Below, in pieces: positions 51,110 through 63,421 of a stretch of DNA of 64,000 nt (positions are counted from its first letter, which is position 1; each line of letters begins with the position of its first letter). Below the pieces are notes generated by a model. The model made no database searches and was not told the origin of the DNA. It saw only the letters and a program-made list of their open reading frames with translations. Source of the stretch: Magallana gigas (taxonomy: Eukaryota). The translations under genes and the position numbers were made by a program. Location: positions 310,001 through 374,000 of the forward strand of contig NC_088858.1 in NCBI RefSeq assembly GCF_963853765.1. Direction: 5' to 3'.

Positions 51110-51530
51110 AATTTGTATGCACACACCGCTGCAGTTATGAGAGTATATCTTTCCAAAAATAAGGATTTAAAGATTATATTTACATTTTTTTTTACTTCTT
51201 GCCTCGTCTGCAAATGCGATTCATACCTGAAAAATCTTATTTTATCTCAAGGGTAAGTTCATATAAATGGAAGAGCCACCGAAACAGCCACAAGCGTGAA
51301 CTTTGATTTTCGCTAGTGACGTTGCATTTTACAGCGTTCAACGTTTGTGACGTCATAATAAAACTCCACATTTTAAAACATGTTCAGTAACCTTTGTTTG
51401 TTACAGTTTTATAACTGCAGTAGCTTGCCACACACTTTACATGAATGTAACGCATGTTACTCAATTTGTATTTGCTGCAGTAATAAGACTGCATCCTTCA
51501 AAAACTAATAATTCAATGCTTAAATATTAT
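51110..51530. repeat. Inverted copy of the dispersed repeat at 17905-18265
   Basis: aatttgtatgcacacaccgctgcagttatgag and gacgttgcattttacagcgtt are shared with that copy. Confidence 0.7.
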
Positions 51531-51899
51531 TCAATTTTTTCATGAAAACACCAGTTACCATGATAGCTCTAACATTAATTTCAATATAATTAAAATAAGA
51601 CTTGTATAAAAACGGTTCATTTACGACACAATTTCACTTCGCCCTTAACCATCTGGATGCTTTGTCAATCATTGCTTCGTTCTTGAGCCATTGTGAGTTC
51701 TACCAACCAGGGCTCCTTACTCCTTAATGGAGGCAAAAACCAACCAGATCGTCGGCCTTGATCTCATTTAGATCTCACTTGGGCTTCACCCCTGAATCAC
51801 CGGAGACTAAACCAACGAGGGCTTTACCCTTGACCAAATGGGGGGTTCACAAACCGTCATTGACCCACTATGGTCTTCATTAAACAGTGTTTTTGACCC

Positions 51900-53190
51900 T
51901 TTCTGGTTGACTTCACCAACCAGAAAATCGTCCTTGACCCTCTGTGGGCTTCACCAACCAGAGAATCGTCCTTGACCCTCTGTAGACTTCACCAACCAGA
52001 GTATCGTCCTTGACCTTCTGTGGACTTCACCAATCAAATGATTGCCCTTAACCCTCTGTGGACTTCACCAACCAGGGTATCGTCCTTGACCCTCTGTAGA
52101 CTTCACCAATCAGAATATCGTCCTTGACCCTCTGTGGACTTCACCAACCAGAGTATATTCCTTGACCCACTGTGGACTTCACCAACCAGACTATAGTCCT
52201 TGACCCACTGTGGACTTCACCAACCAGAATATCGTCCTTGACCCTCTGTGGACTTCACCAATCAAATGATTGTCCTTAACCCTCTGTGGACTTCATTAAC
52301 CAGAGTATCGTCCTTGACCCTCTGTGGACTTCATCAACCAGAGTATCGTCCTTGACCTTCTGTGGGCTTCACCAATCAAATGATTGTCCTTGACCCTCTG
52401 TGGACTACACCAATCAGAGTATCGTCCTTGACTCTCAGTGGGCTTCACCAACCAGAGTATCGTCCTTGACCCTCTGTGGACTTCACCAATCAGAGTACCG
52501 TCCTTGACTCTCAGTGGGTTTCACCAACCAGAGTATCGTCCTTGACCCTCTGTAGACTTCACCAACCAGAGTATCGTCCTTGACTCTCAGTGGGCTTCAC
52601 CAACCGGGGTATCGTCCTTGACCCTCTGTGGACTTCACCAACCAGAATATCGTCCTTGACCCTCTGTAGACTTCACTAATCAGAGTATCGTCCTTGACCC
52701 TCTGTGTACTTCACCAACCAGAGTATCGTCCTTGACCTTCTGTGGGCTTCATCAACCAGAGTATCGTCCTTGACTCTCAGTGGGCTTCACCAACCAGAGT
52801 ATCGTCCTTGACCTTCTGATGGCTTCACCAATCAAATGATTGTCCTTAATCCTCTGTAGACTTCACCAACCAGAGTATCGTCCTTGACTCTCAGTGGACT
52901 TCACCAACCAGGGTATCGTCCTTGACCCTCTGTGGACTTCACCAACCAGAGTATCGTCCTTGACCTTCTGTGGGCTTCACCAATCAAATGATTGTCCTTA
53001 ACCCTCTGTAGACTTCACCAACCAGAGTATCGTCCTTGACTCTCAGTGGGCTTCACCAACCAGAGTATCGTCCTTGACTCTCAGTGTGTTTCACCAACCA
53101 GAGTATCGTCCTTGACCCTCTGTGGACTTCACCAACCAGAGTATCGTCCTTAGCCCTCTGTGAGCTTCACCAACCAGATTATCGTCCTTG
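51900..53190. repeat. 38-bp minisatellite, about 34 copies
   Basis: gacttcaccaaccagagtatcgtccttgaccctctgtg in register with no spacers; decayed copies extend left to about 51700. Confidence 0.95.
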
Positions 53191-53256
53191 ACATTGGTTT
53201 TGACTAAAAAACAGATTTGCACGTAATGGCAGTATCTCTGACTAACAGGTTTATAA

Positions 53257-53603
53257 TACCGAAATGATATTCCTCATCCATCTGTTAGACCCATTACAGG
53301 TGCTGTTAGGGAGGAATTTATCTTCATGGATGATAATTCTCGACCTCATAGAGCCCGTATTGTAAACGAGTACTTGGAAAGCATGGACTAGCCAAGTCTT
53401 TCCCAAATGAACATGCTTGGGACATTCATCAGCAACGAATTTCAGCTCGTCTTACACTTCCACAAAATCGACAAGAGCTCCAGGCTGCGTTGCAGGAAGA
53501 ATGGCAACATATCACTGAGGCGAGCCTTGACGGGTTCATGGGCAGTGTGGGACGGCGCTGTAGGGCTGCTATTGCCTCGCAGGGAGGTCATACAAAATAC
53601 TGA
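53257..53603 (+). pseudogene. Tc1-family transposase relic (C-terminal part of the DDE domain)
   Basis: Reads YRNDIPHPSVRPITGAVREEFIFMDDNSRPHRARIVNEYLESMD*PSLS, then after a frameshift EHAWDI..QQRISAR, then PQNRQELQAALQEEWQHITEASLDGFMGSVGRRCRAAIASQGGHTKY*. These match the Tc1 motifs DDNxRPH, WPxxSPDLNPIEHxW and terminal GGxTKY, with a nonsense codon and deletions. Confidence 0.9.
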
Positions 53604-53719
53604 CTCAAAATTTCTCACCTTTGAAGTCTGTAACAATCACAGGGTTTTTTTTTAAGTGAACGTAAGAAATGATCTGTAGCATGTGTTTATAGCAACTCAT
53701 CACATTTAATGATGAAGTA

Positions 53720-53915
53720 TACATATGCCTCCAAATTCTCAATATTCTTATCTTTTCAAAGTAAATTTAGGAACAATTATCTCTGCTGCGTGAAAAAGTG
53801 GGGGGCTGAACCCTCTATGATGCTATGTGCCTAATGGTTAGGTCTAACTTTGCAAAAAAAGTGGGGAAGGGGGGCTAACCCCCCTAGCCCCCCTCCCTAG
53901 GTTCCGACGCCTATG
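53720..53915 (-). mobile_element. Truncated inverted copy of the element at 59782-60110
   Basis: Ends ttccgacgcctatg; the internal tctatgatgctatgtgcctaatggttaggtctaa is the reverse complement of 59860-59895. Confidence 0.8.
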
Positions 53916-54149
53916 ACAACGACTGATTTCGGACAGCAGAGCAGATTTAGTAAAAATTAAAGGGCCGAAGAACGCCTGGTCATTGAGGTGTTTGTTTACA
54001 TACATGTATAAATACAGTGACGGGGAATACCTGAGTCAGCACACACATGTTATCTGACCAGGATCCCCCGATATCAGACTTTGCACCGATAGAAGTGGAT
54101 AGACCGGGTTGTAGTGACAGTGGTGTTAGTGACAGTGGAGGCACCGGCT

Positions 54150-54430
54150 ACAGTAAGTACGTACTGGGGGTTACTGCTGTAGTAGATGTCAATACAGACA
54201 CGGTGTAAGTACTTACGGTAGGGGGGCTGTAGAAGAAGATGTAAATACAGACACGGTGTAAGTACGTACTGGGGGGGGGGGGGGGCTGTAGTAGTAGATG
54301 TTAGACAGACAGTATAAGTACGTACTGTGAAGGGGGTAACTGTAGTCGTACAGGTATCAGGAGAAAACGTACCCAAGATAAAACGTACCCAGGAGAAAAC
54401 GTACCCAATTCCTAGGGTACGTTTTCTCCA
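54150..54430. repeat. Compound repeat: ~60-bp units (gtaagtacgtactgggggg...ctgtagtagatg) followed by ggagaaaacgtaccca x3 with an inverted copy
   Basis: Read directly; the inverted copy gggtacgttttctcc is at about 54415-54429. Confidence 0.7.
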
Positions 54431-54479
54431 AGAGAGCTTAATGATTAGAGCGTCAGACGTATGAGTAAGGGTAACAAAA

Positions 54480-54860
54480 ATAGCACAGGGATAACAAATA
54501 TAACACAGGAAAAACAAATATAACAGCTAAAAAACCGCAGGAATTAACAAATATAACATAGGAATTACAAATATAACGCAGAAATAACAAATATAACATA
54601 GGAATAACAATACAGGAATAACAAATATAACAGGTATTAAAACGCAGGAATTAACAAATATAGCATAGGAATTACAAATATAACATGGGAGTAATAAACA
54701 TAACACAGGAATAACAAATATAACTTAGAAATAACAAATGTAACATAGGAGTAACAATACAGGAATAACATATAACAGGTACAACAACGCAGGAATAACA
54801 AATATAACATTCGAATATTAAATATAACACAGTAATAACAAATATAACACAGGAATATGT
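54480..54860. repeat. ~20-bp AT-rich minisatellite (caggaataacaaatataac)
   Basis: About 18 degenerate copies; it explains ORF 54637..54888. Confidence 0.9.
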
Positions 54861-55709
54861 CGTGTATAAGGCCAGAAGACTGGTACATTCTATGTAACGG
54901 GACGGAGGTCAGCTTGATATAGGTTCTTATTTTGAAATCTTTGTTAAAATGTTGGTAAGTTGGATAAATCGATCCTATGTTTAAATGTCATTTAAAAATA
55001 AATCGTCTCTATTATAGCACCATGTTTTTAAATCGCTATCGTGTGTGAATTTTTTTTAAATCCCAGCTTTGTCAATTTATTGCTTTAATTTACAGCTTGT
55101 ATATTTCTTTTAGCTCGAGTTATCAATATGTGTGACTTTGTATAATAATATTGTATATTCTATTATCTAAACTGATAATCATTAATAAAGCTATAATCTA
55201 TTATTCAAACAATGAGTTCAAATACAGTATAACTTTACTGTAGCAAAATCGGACCTCAATCTGGCTAATGAATGGTTATAGAATTACAATCTATCTGAAC
55301 TCCGGTAAGGTCTCTGCAATAGCCTCACAACAGAATGCAGATTTACAGCATTATCTTGTCTACATGTAAATCTAAAAAAAAAAACAAAGGTATATTTAAC
55401 CTATATTTTCATTATCAGTATTCTGAACAGAGGTTTAACTACTTATGTAAAACACATTTTTATCGATTAAGTCTATTGCATAACAACAATACCATGTCCT
55501 CTGGTTTTTCTCTACCCGATTTGGAAAATTCCAAACGCTCTAAATTTAACTCGGACTAAATTTGGATTTATCATTAATGATGAGATATTCAGTGTGAAAA
55601 AATACAAGGAAATCTAATAAATTAGATATATAATATCGAAAAATCAGGCATGAAAGAAAAAATACTCGATATGTAAATACCAGAAAAATCAACGAAAATT
55701 TTGGTCTAC

Positions 55710-55808
55710 TTTCGTTTCGATGTTTGGTTTCTTTCCGTTGGTTTGGTTTGATTTTTGACTTGGTTTGGTTTGATTCGGTTTCGTTCCGTTTCGATTTTAC
55801 AGGTACCC
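55710..55808. repeat. (tttcg/tttgg)n pentanucleotide tract ending in ttttacaggtaccc, probably the end of a dispersed element
   Basis: Read directly. Confidence 0.5.
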
Positions 55809-56246
55809 GAATTTGAAAGGTAGACACGCGTTCGTGTATATTTTTTCTGTTTCTTTTGCTTATGCGCAGTGGTATTGAAAATGTAATACATATTCAAATA
55901 AGCAAGAAACGAAGATTTGTGAGGTAAATTGCAATTGTGGCGTTTGTTGGAGCCTACACTTGTGGAAAAAAAATGTATTTAAATTATACATGTACTCAAC
56001 ACGTCTCTGCTCATGATACAGTTCATTAAGCTTTATTTCATATTTTACATTTTTGCCAAAGCTGACAAAATATAAGTCAAATCAATATGATATTATCAAT
56101 ACATGTATTTTAAGGTTGAAAATATTCCTAGATTTGTCTATTATGAAAAAGTACTACCAGCTAATAATACTCCACATTCAATTGCAGAAATAAAATCCCA
56201 TGAAGACTAAATGTGAGCGAAGAGAGCGACGAAGATCACACGAAAT

Positions 56247-57774
56247 ATGGCGCCAGCAGGAGAAGAGGCTACCACAGGAAGTGTCGTCAAAATATCACGT
56301 GACGAATCATCCATCAACGAACACGCGCTTCACGACTACATAGCAGGAGCAGTTGGGGGTATCGTGGATGTTATGCTAATGCAACAACTAAACTAGTGGG
56401 ATGTCACTTCATTCTTGATTCAAATGTCTGTCCCATTGAATTTTAGGTATGGCCGGTATTATTGTCGGACATCCGTTCGATACCACCAAGGTGTGTGTGT
56501 CCCTTCATTCTCTCTCTAACATCACGTGATATACATGAAATGATTATTGTGTAATGTTTAATTATGACGTCACAGGTTCAGCTCCAGACGCAGCTCCACA
56601 GCAACAGGTACACGGGCACTGTCTCCGCTGTCCTCAACATCAACAAGTACGGATGGGTGGGTACTGTATAAATCAAGACTGACGACTAGTGCTCTTTGTA
56701 CTTCTATTTCTTCACTACTTTTCAAAGGACAGACACTGAGTTGTTGATTTTGTTCACCTTTTCACAGGTGCACGGCTTCTTTCGCGGAATGTCCACTCCA
56801 TTGCTGTCTTACGGCATCGTTAATTCTGTGTACTTCGGAGTTTACGGAAACACCTTGAAGATCCTGGAGGAGAGCAGAGAGAAGCGGAAGTCTTCCTATT
56901 TGAACATTTACCTGGCGGGGTGCGTGGGAGGGGCTGCCCAGCTGATCCCCGTCATCCCCACGGACTACATCAAAGTGGTGCTACAGTCACAGATCCCCCG
57001 ACACAAGGGGGACACAGGTGGGTACAGGTATACTGCATGTTGTGAATGTGTTACATTAAAAGTTAAGTTTGAATTGATAAATTTTAAACTTTTAATGTAA
57101 CAAATGTTAAGTACATTAAAACTTTGATAAGGGAGACAACTCTTACCGGGACATGTCGTTTTGTATCATTCTTTTTTTCTTTGCAATGAATGTACTATTC
57201 AATAATAAATGTATGTCCATTTTTTCCTTTAAAAACCATTGCTAGGATAAGGAAATAAAGTAATTAAATGAATGGTGGCGGGGTTTACTGTAAATTATAT
57301 TGTTGTATTTCTTCAGACATAAAGAGGGCATTTAGCGGCCCCTTGGACTGTGCTAGACACATAGTGAGGCAGCATGGCGTACGTGGGTTGTATAAGGGGG
57401 GCCTGGCGATGGCCTACAGAGACGTTCCCAGCTACGGACTGTACGGACTGACGTACGAGGTGATGTCACACTGGATGAAGGAGTCAGGCTGGTCCGACTC
57501 CCAGGGGGTCATTGCGGACCTCGTGGCCGGGGGATGTGCGGGAACTATCACGTGGGCCTCCATCATTCCTTTTGACGTGGTCAAGAGCCGGTACCAAGCG
57601 GACTTTGTGGGTGAATACTCGGGTCTTATTGACTGTGCAGTGAAGAGCTACAGGGAAGAGGGAGTCCGAGTGTTTTACCGGGGATGTATGGTCACGTGTT
57701 TAAGAGCATTCCCCGTCAACGCTGTCACGTTTCTCGTCTATTCTCAGTCCATGAAGTACATGGAGTCGCGCTAA
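56247..57774 (+). CDS. Mitochondrial carrier, SLC25A45-like (SLC25A29/45/47/48 group), about 314 aa
   Basis: Exons 56247-56358, 56447-56490, 56576-56656, 56768-57017 and 57317-57774 (945 nt). Three carrier signatures are present (PFDTTK, PTDYIK, PFDVVK), as are RDVPSYG and RAFPVNAVTF. The exact paralog cannot be fixed without a tree. Confidence 0.92.
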
Positions 57775-58131
57775 TTCTCGTGGAGAAGCGCCATCTGGTG
57801 TCTAAACACTAAGGAAAGGCCACTTTTCTTGGTCAATTAATGCATTATTTTATCAAAGAAAGTGAAACTGTTTACATGACGAATATGTACGATTAAACCA
57901 AACAGTATTAATGAAATTACAAACAAATAGTTTATGAACACATTCACGTCCATCCATCTTTCTAGAAATGTTCATCTCTTCAATAATGTTCTCACGAAAC
58001 TACTTTAAAATAACAAAAAATGGCACTGATTAAACATGTCTTTGAAATAAAGAAGCAACTGCACATGCTGCACGCATTTTGACCACAGCAACAAAGCTAT
58101 TGCACTTGCAACACAGAAGCACGATGGCGCG

Positions 58132-58830
58132 CTATAAATCCAGGGCGAAGGTTGTGGACCTCTTTGGGAGACCTTTGAAGGCCACGGACTTGGACTTGGG
58201 CCGGAACATCATCCCTGACTTCGTGTTCTCTCTGGACACCGCCAGAGGAGGAAGTCGCAGTGCACCTGCGCTGGTGATGTCGTTGGTATCCACCGTTGAT
58301 GGCCTCCTAGTTTTGAAGTACAGGGTCATTCCTCTCTCTCTCCGAGGCGGGAAGGAGGGCCGGTTAATGATCGCCTCCAGCATGCCCCTCGACTCTTTGA
58401 TGTTCATGATCCGCCCGTCGGTTTTCCCGTCAGACAGCAGTTTCTCTGTTTTCCTCAGGCGGCGGACCCTGGGGTGCTGGTTCTTGATGATGGTGTCGAT
58501 TTGTGGCTGTAGGTCCCTGAGGGAGGTCCCGCCGTAGACGCCGTACATTCCACTCTCGTCGTCCAGGTCCGGCACCTGGTCCCGGATCCGCTTCAGACAT
58601 CTCTGGGTGCCCTTTGTGTGGATGTAGTACTGTTTGTGGGGCATGGTCTTCTGCCACATCTTGTAATCATAGCTCCGTTTGTCCCTGTCGATCGCCTTAC
58701 CGTACGTGCTGCACCTGTCCTTCAGTTTGTCGTTGTTGATGGAGGTGGTCTTTCTCAGCCGGTGGGTCTGTTTACCAATCAGTGACAAACGCTTGTCCTG
58801 GAGTTTGGGAAAGTTTTGGATATCCGCCAT
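58132..58830 (-). CDS. Uncharacterised Lys/Arg-rich protein, 232 aa, single coding exon
   Basis: The 699-nt ORF is clearly more GC-rich than its flanks and starts gtcATGGcg. An acceptor (cttacag) lies 35 nt upstream at 58865, with an in-frame TGA between it and the ATG. No domain was recognised. Confidence 0.75.
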   Translation of the reverse strand: MADIQNFPKLQDKRLSLIGKQTHRLRKTTSINNDKLKDRCSTYGKAIDRDKRSYDYKMWQKTMPHKQYYIHTKGTQRCLKRIRDQVPDLDDESGMYGVYGGTSLRDLQPQIDTIIKNQHPRVRRLRKTEKLLSDGKTDGRIMNIKESRGMLEAIINRPSFPPRRERGMTLYFKTRRPSTVDTNDITSAGALRLPPLAVSRENTKSGMMFRPKSKSVAFKGLPKRSTTFALDL

Positions 58831-59781
58831 GACTGTTGGCCGCGGACCTCAACATTTGGGGTAAACTGTAAGAGGTGGAATAAAACAAAACATCTATTCG
58901 TCGTCTTTTTATGATAAATATATTTTTCCTATTTTATCCAAATTTACAAATCTGTTTTGCAACGATTTACACACATACCGATATTTACATAAAACCAATA
59001 CTTTAATACTTACATGAAAATTGAATTTCGGCCTTCCAAAAGTCCTAAATGATTAGACTTCATAAATATTTTCCAATTTGATATATTTTCCTTCTAATGT
59101 ACACAGTGCATAGAATTAACTGACGGCGAAATTCGACCTAATAAATTAGAATCTGGAGGAAAGGATTTCTACAGTGTGTTGCTTTTAATATTTTTAATCC
59201 ATATTTAAAAGGTTAATGCTTTCAATATATTTGTGTCGCTGATACTAGTAAACGTTTTAAAGACCTTTAATCCCTTTGGTTAATTGTAGCTTAATCGCAT
59301 TGACAATTTTTTTAACTATCAAACTATGGAGTCTAACTAATCAAAGCTAGGAGAAAACGCTACATGCACCTGTACGGCGGACTTCTGTTTTGAACACCCG
59401 ATTTATCAAGAGTGTGAATATTGGGTTAAATGTCATTCTAATAAATAGTCCTTCGTGGATCTCGCCAAATACTACTCATAATGTACACAGATAGACATAA
59501 CATGCATATAAGAAGAGTTCACAAAGTGAAGTTTCTGCGTTCAGTAAACCAGGCCAGAGAGCTGAGGCCGTTACCTGTATGATTGATTTTAGCCCCCCCC
59601 CCCCCCCCCCCACCGACCCCTTAAGATGACTGCTCAAGCCAGAGTATTCTGATCAAAATTTTCCCGCTTTTGTTGTCGGCCGCAGCTTCAATTACTTTCC
59701 TCAATTTTATCAACTTTCAGCAGTTTTAAACTGAAAACAAAGCATATATGGGTGTTCGGCATCTTCGCTAGCCAGGATTAG

Positions 59782-60110
59782 CATAGGCGTCGGAACCGGG
59801 GGGGGGGGGACTAGGATGGCTTAGCCCCCCCCCCCCCCCAACCACTTTTTATGCCAAATTAGACCTAACCATTAGGCACATAGCATCATAGAGGGTTAAA
59901 CCCCCACTTTTTCTCGCAGGAAATATAATTATTCCTAAAAAGGTTGAAATATGGAGAAGTTCGAGTCATAGGCATACTAGCCCCCCCCCCCCCCACCCCC
60001 ACCGCACGGATTAGGTTTTCATGATTTGGGGAATAATTATGTTGTTTTTGAGGATTAGCCAAGCCCCCCCCCCCCCCCCCCCCACTTTCAAGTTGCTTCC
60101 GACGCCAGTG
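59782..60110 (+). mobile_element. Non-autonomous DNA transposon (329 bp) with a 5-bp target duplication
   Basis: attag|cataggcgtcggaa ... ttccgacgccagtg|attag, with G/C homopolymers inside the termini. Confidence 0.8.
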
Positions 60111-60956
60111 ATTAGTGGGGAGCGGCGCGGATCAGAAACCCTTTACTAGCGAAGATGTGGATGAAGGGAATTCGAAGTTTTTTTCCAAATGAAGATCTAC
60201 CCCCCCCCCCTCTCAAAAGGGGTATGTAAACGATCTAAGCTAAGAATGTTTAAATTTTCTTGTTCCATTTTAATGCTTTCAATAATTAACTATGATATTT
60301 TAATCAGTCTGAGCGAGGAATGACCTTGTTTATCTGTTTATGGTCAACCAAAATATAAAAATTAAGTTACAAACGAGAGGCATAGCTCATATTATTTGTA
60401 AACAAAGGCTCTCAAACCTATATTCATTTTTTACCGACATGTTGGGGGGGGGGGGCAAAATAAGATTTATAATTATCTTACAATTAGAAAAAAATACTTT
60501 TACAAAGAATGTGGGCGCTTAAGATGAACATTCGACAGGAATCAGGGCGCACAAGGAGAGTGAAAATTTCATCAATTAATTTTGAATATTTTTCGAATTA
60601 TAACCGTGATTTTGTGTCTGTTGGATGTGGAATGAGTGGAAAAATATTTGAAATGCAAAAGGTTTTATCATAATATGGGTCTAAATATAGCAACACGATG
60701 CAATTCATGCAAAATCCTACTTATTAACAACTGTTTTTAAATGATTTTGTTGTCTCTGGGTCTTCTCTCCACAAATTTGAAACGTGTAAAGATAACATAT
60801 TTCAACATTTAAAATGTCGCTTTTTAAAAATAGATGGAGAAATGACCCAGAGATGATCAATTATGTACTTTTTCAAATTATTTTTTGAAGGATAAAAAAC
60901 AAAGTCCACTGATATGACAATGTTGTTTCAAACAGTACTTTATAGAGCATATTGAC

Positions 60957-61040
60957 TAGCCTCGCATGGCCCAGTGGTTTCGTCCTGGATTAGTGAATAC
61001 AAACATTTAGTGTTTTGGGCTCAAATCCAACTGGTGGTCT
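60957..61040 (+). mobile_element. tRNA-derived SINE head remnant
   Basis: tggcccagtggtt (A-box-like) ... gggctcaaatcc (B-box-like), with no complete cloverleaf. Similar fragments lie near 940-1030 and 44330. Confidence 0.4.
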
Positions 61041-62558
61041 TTTAAAAAAAAATAAACTTTTTTGTTTTCAATGTTTGTTATTATAACATGATGTTGAATT
61101 ATAATATACTGGTATATTTTAATTTGTTGTTATTGATTTCTAGATCTGTTGTATGAACACTATTTTCTTTTCTTTTTACTAGTTTTTTAGGATATACACA
61201 ATATAACTTCATTAAAATATGTTTGCATTAACATTTCCAACTAGTTATCGGTTTACCTCTCATTGCCATTTTTGGAAAGCTTGTGAGTTTTTTAATAACC
61301 GGAATAGCCATATACTTCGACTCTCAACATAATATATTTTTGTTGAAACCTGTACATAGCCTTTCGAGGTTATAGACATTTTAATCCCAATTGATTCGTG
61401 TCGAGGAATCCTGCAAACTTACAATCTTGTGCGCTCACTTTCTTTAAAACATATATACACGTGACAAATGAGAACTTGGTTTCATAAAAAAGAATTGGGA
61501 TCGCTGTATGTCGTCTTTTTTATGTATGTGTCAGTGACATATTATTTAAAAAAAAATGTTCGTTTAATCTGGGACAGGTGTACTTGAATTAATAAGAAAA
61601 TACAATAAGAATTAATTCCCATATACTCAGACTAGGGTGAAGAGTTCACGAGCGAAGGCGATTTTTTTATTTAATTTCTCGATAATAATAATAACAATAC
61701 GTGTAACTTTACATATAGGCCTATTGTTCGTTGTCAGGCTTTTTTCTGTGGTTGTTTACAGTATTTGTCTCCAAAATGACTTTTCAATAAATTTTCAATT
61801 TAATAATTTAATAACCAGTGGTCAGAGACATAAATATTTTTGTCTCTGCTAGTGGTTTCAAGAAAGACACAGATATCCATTGTCCTTTACCTATTTTAAG
61901 CTTAAATTAAATATATACATGATTATAATGAAATGAAAATTGATTTTACTTGGTAACACAGATTTTTTCCTCTCATATTTCCCGCCATTTCGGAACTCCT
62001 CTAATGTTGGTTTTCGGAAACCGGAAGTTACTATTAAATTATGTACACAAACTGAGGCGATAAACATTATCGTTTGCATCAAGATGTAAGTCAGAGAAAA
62101 CAGAACAAAGAAGACTCTTAATGTCGAGGTAAGCAGAGTTCATTCCCCCCTCACATTCTCCTACTCTAACTTGACTCAGTCTGAATTTCTCCGTTACTTA
62201 TTCCTGAACAAGTCCATCAATAGGACCAGTCCAGACAGAAAAAAAAGTTTTATGTGTATTATGTTTTCGTCTGCGAAAGATCAACCGTGTCACTGGTAAG
62301 TGAATATATATTACTTGATAATTGGTTTAAACTGTTTAAGCAGCCTATATAAATAACAAAATTTGGATTGTAAATGGCTTTATGTGATAAGATATAAGAT
62401 CATAAGATGACCTACATTTGAAACGATGTACATACAGTACCCATTCACTTCTCTGGCTACAATGGATGAAACGTTCGATTACCATTAAGATGGTACGTAT
62501 ATATATTATTGAAATATTTTTCATCACGAACACTTTTAACCTACTTTACAGAACTAAG

Positions 62559-62561
<3 letters not shown>

Positions 62562-62610
<49 letters not shown>
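62562..62610. repeat. (GA)n microsatellite, about 24 units
   Basis: Read directly. Confidence 0.98.
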
Positions 62611-62615
<5 letters not shown>

Positions 62616-63421
62616 AAAAATTGGCACGCATTGCAGTGTGTCTTTTGATTTTTTTTCTGTCAGTAAAATATTTGCGAACACAACGGATTCAGTCATGACG
62701 ATAAAAACTAGCTATGTAAGATTCAAGAGCTCCTGATGAAGAAATTTTTATCGCTGTCTAAGTCTGCAGATTCACGGGATAGATTCAACACTGTTCAAGT
62801 TTACACTCTATAGTAATATTGAATTCAGTAAAATCGAGTATCATATTTTTAACAAATCCAAATTAAACCGACTTTTAGTACATTGTATGTCTTTAATTCG
62901 GGAGAGTTGGGCTATTTCTCTCTATGCAGGATCGAGACCATTCCATATCTATTCCTTGCGATGGAAAACACGTTGACCTCAATAGTGTTGAGGTACATTA
63001 TAGTGGTTCTTGACATTTGATGATTAGTTTCAGATTTAATTAGTACGTGGGCATACCTGTAATTTATTCCCATTCTTTCACTTGAACCCCTACACATTCG
63101 TCAACATTTTTTAGGCGCTCTGAAGATTTCTTTGTACTTCAAATATCTAAAAGTCGTCGTATTATACATGTAACACCCCACGTAATTTTTTTTTGGCAAA
63201 CGAAAACTACATCCAAACTAGATTGTAATAAAACTGATAAACTAGAAAAGTAAACTAATTACTTTAAAACGATTGATAAACACTCAAGTTCAACAACTTT
63301 TATAAAATCTTTCGGATGTTGGCGCGAGGGAATCAATGAAAAATTAAGAAAAATTCTGGTAAACTAGATCACACTTTGATGTTTTACGGAATGTAAATAA
63401 TTTTACTTCATTCTCTTACAG

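Noticed and set aside
51900-53190. 38-bp array as a possible CRISPR array
   Set aside because: The units are contiguous with no unique spacers, there are no cas genes and the context is eukaryotic.
53407-53655. ORFs 53407..53655 (+) and 53442..53636 (-) as genes
   Set aside because: They are off-frame readings over the Tc1 transposase relic.
58079-58864. Plus-strand ORFs 58079..58537 and 58679..58864
   Set aside because: They are antisense to the longer 232-aa ORF, which has the better start context and an upstream acceptor.
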